Positions 52,372 to 57,505 of a stretch of DNA of 57,505 nt are shown here, piece after piece (the stretch's first letter is position 1; every line of letters starts with the position of its first letter). The notes beneath the pieces are model-generated. The model was not told the origin of the DNA, ran no database searches, and saw nothing but the letters and a program-made list of their open reading frames with translations. The stretch lies in contig VFKD01000043.1 of the NCBI GenBank assembly GCA_009885735.1, positions 1 to 57,505 on the forward strand, in the 5' to 3' direction. The position numbers were made by a program, and so were the translations under genes. Origin of the DNA: a bacterium. GTDB taxonomy: Bacteria > Armatimonadota > Chthonomonadetes > Chthonomonadales > CAJBBX01.

Positions 52372-53502
52372 TTAGGCAATGGCGCGGCGGCTAGTCGCGA
52401 CGAGCCGCTGAAGCGTGGCAGACTGCACAGCGCGAGTCTGGGCAGTGAGGTTATAGAACATTGCCTCGCGGAAGAGGCGTTGTGCAGAGTGCTCTCTTGA
52501 ATTCGCCAGGCCACCGCTCGCCGCGACTACACCGTGAGCTGAGCGCACAGCCAACTCCAGGCAGGCCGCCCTTACAGCGAGCGCTTTCTCGATATACTCA
52601 GGCTCGGTGGATCGGCCCCGCCAGCGGTCCACCGCAGACCGCACGGCCTGCTGCTCCGCCAACAGGCAATCTGCCAGGTCGCACACATCCGCAGACCCTC
52701 GGTCGGAGCCGAGCTGCTGAAGAAGACGAATGCAGGCGGTGATGAGACCCAGGGGTTGAGGGGTGACATTCAGGACAGCATTGGCGTCGTTGTCTGCCAT
52801 CTGGTCCTGCGAGATGGTCTTCATCACGGCTCCCGCTGCAATCCGGTGCTCAGAGAAGTGGAGAGTGACCGTTCCGGAGGCGTTCATGGCCGCCAGCTTC
52901 ATCGGCTCGGAAACGTGGAGGGTGGCGGACTCGACTACTGGGATTGCGGCATAGAGCAGCCTGCCGTCCGGGAGAGTTGCGCCAAGAACCACGTGCTGAG
53001 TGATGGGCCACCCGGTGAACCACGGAGCGACACCCGTTACCAGAAAGTCGCCGCAGGCGAGCGGCTCAGCCCGAACGGCCGGGGCGCCCTGACGGCGCAG
53101 ATGCGAGAATGCCACTCCCGACATGAGGCTTCCGGAAGCCATCTGCGGCAGCATCTCGCGTTTAAGATCGTCGTTTTCGCTGCCCAGTATCAGGCTGCAG
53201 GCGCTGAGGTGCTGGCCCTGAACAAACGTGGTGAGCCCACAAGCTGCGGAGAGCATTTCCTGATAGGCGCGGACCACCTCAGCTGGCGCGCCAAGGCCGC
53301 CATACTCCGTAGGCACGGTCATTCCAAGGAGCCCTCCCTCGGCGAGAAGAGCAATGTTGGCCGCAGGAGGCTGATCAGCCTGGTCCGCTGCATTCGCACT
53401 GCGCGCTATGGGACCCTCCGCAAGGTCACGTACGCCGTCCAGTAGACGGTCCCATTCGGTCGCTAAAAGTGAGTTCGGCGGAGTCTTCTCGGCTGCCGGC
53501 AA
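52372..53502 (-). CDS. Acyl-CoA dehydrogenase-family protein
   Basis: GLLGMTVPTEYGGLG and the three-domain ACAD layout. The TTG at 53502 is preceded by GGGAGGGAG and gives 376 aa. The longer ORF-track start would overlap the divergent promoter. Confidence 0.78.
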   Translation of the reverse strand: MPAAEKTPPNSLLATEWDRLLDGVRDLAEGPIARSANAADQADQPPAANIALLAEGGLLGMTVPTEYGGLGAPAEVVRAYQEMLSAACGLTTFVQGQHLSACSLILGSENDDLKREMLPQMASGSLMSGVAFSHLRRQGAPAVRAEPLACGDFLVTGVAPWFTGWPITQHVVLGATLPDGRLLYAAIPVVESATLHVSEPMKLAAMNASGTVTLHFSEHRIAAGAVMKTISQDQMADNDANAVLNVTPQPLGLITACIRLLQQLGSDRGSADVCDLADCLLAEQQAVRSAVDRWRGRSTEPEYIEKALAVRAACLELAVRSAHGVVAASGGLANSREHSAQRLFREAMFYNLTAQTRAVQSATLQRLVATSRRAIA

Positions 53503-53580
53503 TCGGCTCTCCCTCCCTCGGCAGCCAACCGCTATGCGCCGCCCAAGTTGATTGAGTCTACCCGACCACGCAACCTCGAT

Positions 53581-53609
53581 TTGACCTGCAGCCCGTCCCC
53601 TGCTACAAT
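53581..53609 (+). promoter_or_regulatory. Candidate promoter of the zinc-ribbon / RNase H operon
   Basis: TTGACC (53581..53586), a 17-nt spacer and TACAAT (53604..53609). A GGAGG Shine-Dalgarno sequence follows, before the ATG at 53629. Confidence 0.5.
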
Positions 53610-53628
53610 CTGGACCGGAGGAAACCGT

Positions 53629-54339
53629 ATGAAAGAGGCACTGATCGCCCTGCATCACTTGCAGCAGGTTGACTCGGCGATCGCACTTGCTGTTCGCAGA
53701 ATGAAGGCGCTTGACGACGGCAGCGCCGAGAAGATGGCCATGGAATCTGCTCGGACCGCCCACGACGAAGCCTCCAGCCGCCTTCACAAGACAAGCGCGG
53801 ACCTCCACGATGCCGAGCTTGAGCAGAAGTCCGTCGAGGACAAGAAGCGCGACTATGAGTCGAGGCTATACGGCGGCCGAGTCACTGCGTTCAAAGAACT
53901 TGAGAGCATGCAGCAGGAAATCGAGGCGCTTGGGCGGCGGCGCAGCCACCTGGACGATCGCATTCTCGAGCTGATGGACACCTTGGATCTGCACCGCGAC
54001 GAAGAGAAGTCCTCCTCATCCGCATCGACTGCTGCCGAGGCGGCCTTCGCTGCCAAAGCTAAGGCGTTCAAAGCCGCCACAGCAAAGTACACTAGCGAGC
54101 TGAAGGTACTTCGTCCCGAGCGCGACAAGCTCGCGGAGCCTGTTGCAGCGCCACTGCTGAAGCGGTACGAGGCAATTCGAGTGAGCAAGCTGGGAGTGGG
54201 CGCTGCGAGGATTCTCGACGGCATATGCGAGGGCTGCAAGACAACACTTCCGGCTCAGTCCATTGAAGACGTGGTCGACAAGGGCGTTCTCCGGACGTGT
54301 GACAGTTGCGGGCGAATACTCTGCCCGACCGCCCTATGA
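53629..54339 (+). CDS. Coiled-coil C4 zinc-ribbon protein (DUF164/COG1579-like)
   Basis: LHHLQQVDSAI, a long coiled-coil and C-terminal CEGCKTTLP...CDSCGRIL. Confidence 0.78.
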   Translation: MKEALIALHHLQQVDSAIALAVRRMKALDDGSAEKMAMESARTAHDEASSRLHKTSADLHDAELEQKSVEDKKRDYESRLYGGRVTAFKELESMQQEIEALGRRRSHLDDRILELMDTLDLHRDEEKSSSSASTAAEAAFAAKAKAFKAATAKYTSELKVLRPERDKLAEPVAAPLLKRYEAIRVSKLGVGAARILDGICEGCKTTLPAQSIEDVVDKGVLRTCDSCGRILCPTAL

Positions 54340-54749
54340 CCAAGCTGATCGCTCATGTGGACGGAGCTGCACGCGGCAACCCAGGACCCGCCGGAATCGG
54401 CGTTTCCATCACGCGCCCGGACGGATCCGTCGTGAAGGAGGTCGCAGAACCGCTGGGCCGCACGACGAACAACGTAGCCGAGTATTCCGCTCTAATCCGA
54501 GGCCTCGAGGAGGCCCGAGCCCTGGGATGCTCCGAACTGCAGGTCTATACCGACAGCGAGCTGATGGCACGCCAGATAGCAGGGATATACCGCGTTAAGA
54601 CGCCTCATCTGCTTCCCCTCTACCAGCGGGCCACCGCGCTCCTCAAGCAGTTTGACAAGGCCAAGGTGACGCATGTGCGGCGCGAGATGAACAAGGAGGC
54701 CGACAGACTGTCGAACCTTGGGGCCGACAAAGTCGGCTCGGAGGATTAG
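54336..54749 (+). CDS. rnhA: Ribonuclease H (RNase HI family)
   Basis: HVDGAARGNPGPAGIG, TNNVAEYSALIRGLE, VYTDSELM and NKEADRLSN. ATGA overlap with the zinc-ribbon gene. Confidence 0.86.
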   Translation: MTKLIAHVDGAARGNPGPAGIGVSITRPDGSVVKEVAEPLGRTTNNVAEYSALIRGLEEARALGCSELQVYTDSELMARQIAGIYRVKTPHLLPLYQRATALLKQFDKAKVTHVRREMNKEADRLSNLGADKVGSED

Positions 54750-55105
54750 CCCGTCGTTCTTGCCAGCAGGCTGGCGCCAACGCCGGCGGCAAGCAGGCCC
54801 AGTACAATCCACGCGAGGCGCGACTTTGCTGGGTCGCCGCCGGAACGATATGCGACCGCCAGAGCCATGAGCCGCAGGGCGGGCGTCAGCATCAGCAGCA
54901 GAAGTCCGATGGTGAGGCAGGCCGCATCTCCACGGATTGCACCAGTCGCCGAGTCTACAATCTGCCTCGGGGGGGGCGTGCCGGACAAGGCTCTGAGCGC
55001 AACTGTCCACGCAATCCCAACTGCCAGAAAGCCGAAGCTGAGCAGCAATCCAGCCCGCAGCGCCCGATGCGCGGCACGGTCTATGGCCGACGATTGTTCG
55101 TCCAT
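54746..55105 (-). CDS. DUF1634-like small membrane protein
   Basis: Three predicted TM helices. It lies immediately downstream of a TauE/SafE gene, a pairing I recall for this family. Start at MDEQSSAIDR. Confidence 0.6.
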   Translation of the reverse strand: MDEQSSAIDRAAHRALRAGLLLSFGFLAVGIAWTVALRALSGTPPPRQIVDSATGAIRGDAACLTIGLLLLMLTPALRLMALAVAYRSGGDPAKSRLAWIVLGLLAAGVGASLLARTTG

Positions 55106-55118
55106 TATGCCGAATACC

Positions 55119-55946
55119 TCAAAACGGCAGCCCTGCCCGACGGGCCATGGTGACCGCGGTATATCCCAGCACCGCTGCAAAGAGCCATCGCAGCGTGGAC
55201 GACTTCGCTCGGCCTGCCAGCCTGGCCCCAATCCGACCGCCCGCCAACACGCCGACCGTGCATGCAGCTGCGAGGTGGAGGTCTACATAGCCGTCTGCAA
55301 AGTATTTCACGGAGGTTGCCACGGCCGTCACCCCAATCATGAACGCGCTCGTGGCGACCGCAGCCCGGAGTGGCAGGCCCATTCGCGATACCATGAATGG
55401 CACCATGATAAGGCCGCCGCCAATTCCCAACACGGCTGAGACAACTCCCGCAAAGCCGCCCGCCGCAAGACCGAGACGATGTCCGCGCACGCAATAGTAT
55501 GCGTGTGCCTTTCTCTCGGGATCATAGAACTGAACCGCACCTGCATCATCTGGGCCGACCTCGAACACACCTGTGCCGGAGCGGCGAGGCGCTACGATGG
55601 TAAGCGCTGCGTAAACAGCCGTGACGGCGAAGAAGCCGGCTACAAAATGATCCGAGAGCCTTAGCGCTAGAAACGTGCCGGCAATCGCACCCACGGTGGT
55701 GGCCACCTCGAGGTAGAGGGCGAGCCCAACGTTCACGAGGCCGGCGTTGAGGTAGGCCAAGGAGGCGGATCCGCTCGTGGCAATCAGACTCACTAGGCTA
55801 GAGGCAACCGCCACCTCGCGGGGCACGTCCATGAACGCAATGAGCGCCGGAACGAGGATGATGCCGCCGCCGAGGCCCAGCATTCCGCCGAAGGCTCCTG
55901 CAACCAGCGCGACAAGGGCGATCTCGATGAACTGGGCGGCGGTCAC
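55119..55946 (-). CDS. TauE/SafE-family anion exporter
   Basis: 275 aa with multiple TM helices and repeated G-rich motifs (GMLGLGGGIILVP, LGIGGGLIMVP). Confidence 0.85.
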   Translation of the reverse strand: MTAAQFIEIALVALVAGAFGGMLGLGGGIILVPALIAFMDVPREVAVASSLVSLIATSGSASLAYLNAGLVNVGLALYLEVATTVGAIAGTFLALRLSDHFVAGFFAVTAVYAALTIVAPRRSGTGVFEVGPDDAGAVQFYDPERKAHAYYCVRGHRLGLAAGGFAGVVSAVLGIGGGLIMVPFMVSRMGLPLRAAVATSAFMIGVTAVATSVKYFADGYVDLHLAAACTVGVLAGGRIGARLAGRAKSSTLRWLFAAVLGYTAVTMARRAGLPF

Positions 55947-55973
55947 AGTGGGGATAGCAGAGGGTGCGCGGGA

Positions 55974-57505
55974 CTACTCCCGAGCAACTCTGTGCGAGAG
56001 GGGTGCGCCGCCGGCGTGAACCACCACCGTGTCCGGCATGAAGCCCGTATAGGTTGGACACAAGTTCTTTAGCAGCTTGTAGAGCTCGATAGTGTTTCCC
56101 TGCTCTGCAGCATCAATGAGTCGATCAATGCCGCGATTTACCTCCACAACAGATATCTCGGAAGGCGCCGCCGCAAAGATGCGCTCATGCCGAGTCACCG
56201 TAGTACCCTCCTCGGTGGTGAGCAGCTCTTCCACAAGCTTCTCGCCAGGACGCAGGCCGATGATGTGGATTGCAATATCCTTGTCTGGGGTAAGGCCGCT
56301 GAGCCGAATCATATCTCGGGCAAGGTCCAGAATGCGAACTGGATTGCCCATGTCCAATAGATAGATCGCGCCGTTGCCGCCCAGGGCTCCCGCCTGAACC
56401 ACGAGCTGAGACGCCTCTGGAATAGTCATGAAATAGCGTACAGCGTCCGCGTCTGTCACCGTGACGGGACCGCCCTGTTCTATTTGCCTTCGCATCGTGG
56501 GTACGACGCTGCCTCGGCTTCCCAGAACGTTGCCGAACCGAACCATGGCGAACATGGTCCGGCTAATGCTTGCTTCAACCTGAATGATGAGCTCGGCTAT
56601 CCGCTTGGATGCGCCCATCACGTTGGTGGGGTTCACCGCTTTGTCCGACGAGATCATAACAAACCGCTTCACACCAAAGTGACTTGCCAGCCTTGCGAGG
56701 TTGCGCGTGCCAAGGACGTTGTTGGTGATAGCCTCCTCGGGGTTGGCCTCCATAAGTGGAACATGCTTGTGGGCCGCAGCATGAAATACCACGGTTGGAC
56801 GGTGCCTCTCAAAGAGCCGTTCAAGCCTGTCGTAATCCCTTACGTCGGCGATGAGGCCCCGCACTCGGACTCCATGGTCACGCAGCATCTCCTGCTCGAT
56901 CTCGAATATGGAGTTCTCACCATGACCAAGCACCATGAGCTCCGCAGGCCGAGCCGCTGCGATCTGACGCACTAACTCCGACCCAATGGAACCGCCGCCG
57001 CCAGTCACCAGGACCCGCTCACCCTCAAGATATGCGACTATCGCTCGCTCATCCACGCGCACAGCGGGCCTGCCCAGAAGGTCCTCGACCGAGACATCCC
57101 GCAGGGTTCGCATCTGGTCGTCGACATCCAAGATGTTGAACTCTGGAGTGATCCGCAGCTTGGCCGGAAGGTCTTCGCAGCGCGCGATGATGTTTCGCAG
57201 CATCTCGCCCTTCGCGGTAGATATAGCGATGATTATCTCGTCTACTGAGCACTGGGTAACTATCTCGCGAACCTGAGATAAAGACCCGAGCACCGGTGCA
57301 CCCTGCAAGTTGAGGTGGTGCTTGCCTGGGTCGTCGTCCAAGTAGCCGACCAACTGCAGGCCGTCGGATGCGCGGCGGCGTATCTCCCTCGCCAGCGAGA
57401 CTCCGCGAACCCCCGCGCCCACGATAAGGATCCGTCGAAGGGCGCCGTTTGACGATGAACGCAAGGATGCGGGGCGCTCATCAACGACAACCCGGTAGGA
57501 GAGCC
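55974..57505 (-). CDS. Polysaccharide biosynthesis protein, CapD/PglF-like NDP-sugar 4,6-dehydratase (5' end beyond the window)
   Basis: VLVTGGGGSIGSEL Rossmann motif, HAAAHKHVPLME and FVMISSDKAVNPTNVMGASKR. The frame stays open upstream of the TTG at 57464 to the window edge, so the N-terminal membrane domain probably lies outside the window. Confidence 0.88.
   Translation of the reverse strand, partial: LSYRVVVDERPASLRSSSNGALRRILIVGAGVRGVSLAREIRRRASDGLQLVGYLDDDPGKHHLNLQGAPVLGSLSQVREIVTQCSVDEIIIAISTAKGEMLRNIIARCEDLPAKLRITPEFNILDVDDQMRTLRDVSVEDLLGRPAVRVDERAIVAYLEGERVLVTGGGGSIGSELVRQIAAARPAELMVLGHGENSIFEIEQEMLRDHGVRVRGLIADVRDYDRLERLFERHRPTVVFHAAAHKHVPLMEANPEEAITNNVLGTRNLARLASHFGVKRFVMISSDKAVNPTNVMGASKRIAELIIQVEASISRTMFAMVRFGNVLGSRGSVVPTMRRQIEQGGPVTVTDADAVRYFMTIPEASQLVVQAGALGGNGAIYLLDMGNPVRILDLARDMIRLSGLTPDKDIAIHIIGLRPGEKLVEELLTTEEGTTVTRHERIFAAAPSEISVVEVNRGIDRLIDAAEQGNTIELYKLLKNLCPTYTGFMPDTVVVHAGGAPLSHRVARE

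Overview
High-GC bacterial chromosomal window, densely coding. I recognised no rRNA, tRNA, CRISPR array or transposase. The backbone is housekeeping: an RND efflux operon (MFP-RND-TolC), pyrG-ppa, ROK kinase, NfeD-flotillin, GH116 glycosidase, oligopeptidase B, ComEA, cyclophilin, hslV, an ftsE-ftsX-M23 peptidase-eamA-xerC chain, greA, acyl-CoA dehydrogenase, RNase H, TauE and a CapD-like dehydratase cut by the window edge. Between these sit small accessory islets: VapBC, AbiEi/AbiEii plus a possible helicase remnant, and a PIN/HTH pair flanked by direct repeats. Several families of GC-rich intergenic repeats are also present. The most interesting signal is at 39915..40981. Two adjacent signal-peptide genes with a heavy-metal-associated (HMA) fold are each interrupted by an in-frame TGA at a cysteine position of the CxxC metal-binding motif (C-P-T-TGA and TGA-G-G-C), and each TGA is followed by a hairpin. 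I read these as candidate exported selenoproteins that an ORF caller would split or truncate. They lie in a four-gene envelope module with a Cys-rich secreted protein and an outer-membrane beta-barrel. Immediately upstream is a CysM / JAMM protease / sulfur-carrier pathway in which the ubiquitin-like carrier (ending ..IAGG) is fused in frame to its MoeZ-type E1-rhodanese activator. Other observations are a pyrG leader resembling the CTP-sensing GGGC reiterative-transcription attenuator, repeated -35/-10 boxes placed to give leaderless mRNAs, tandem PilZ paralogs, a His-rich NfeD loop and an hslV without hslU. All functional calls come from reading motifs in the supplied translations. No database search was run.
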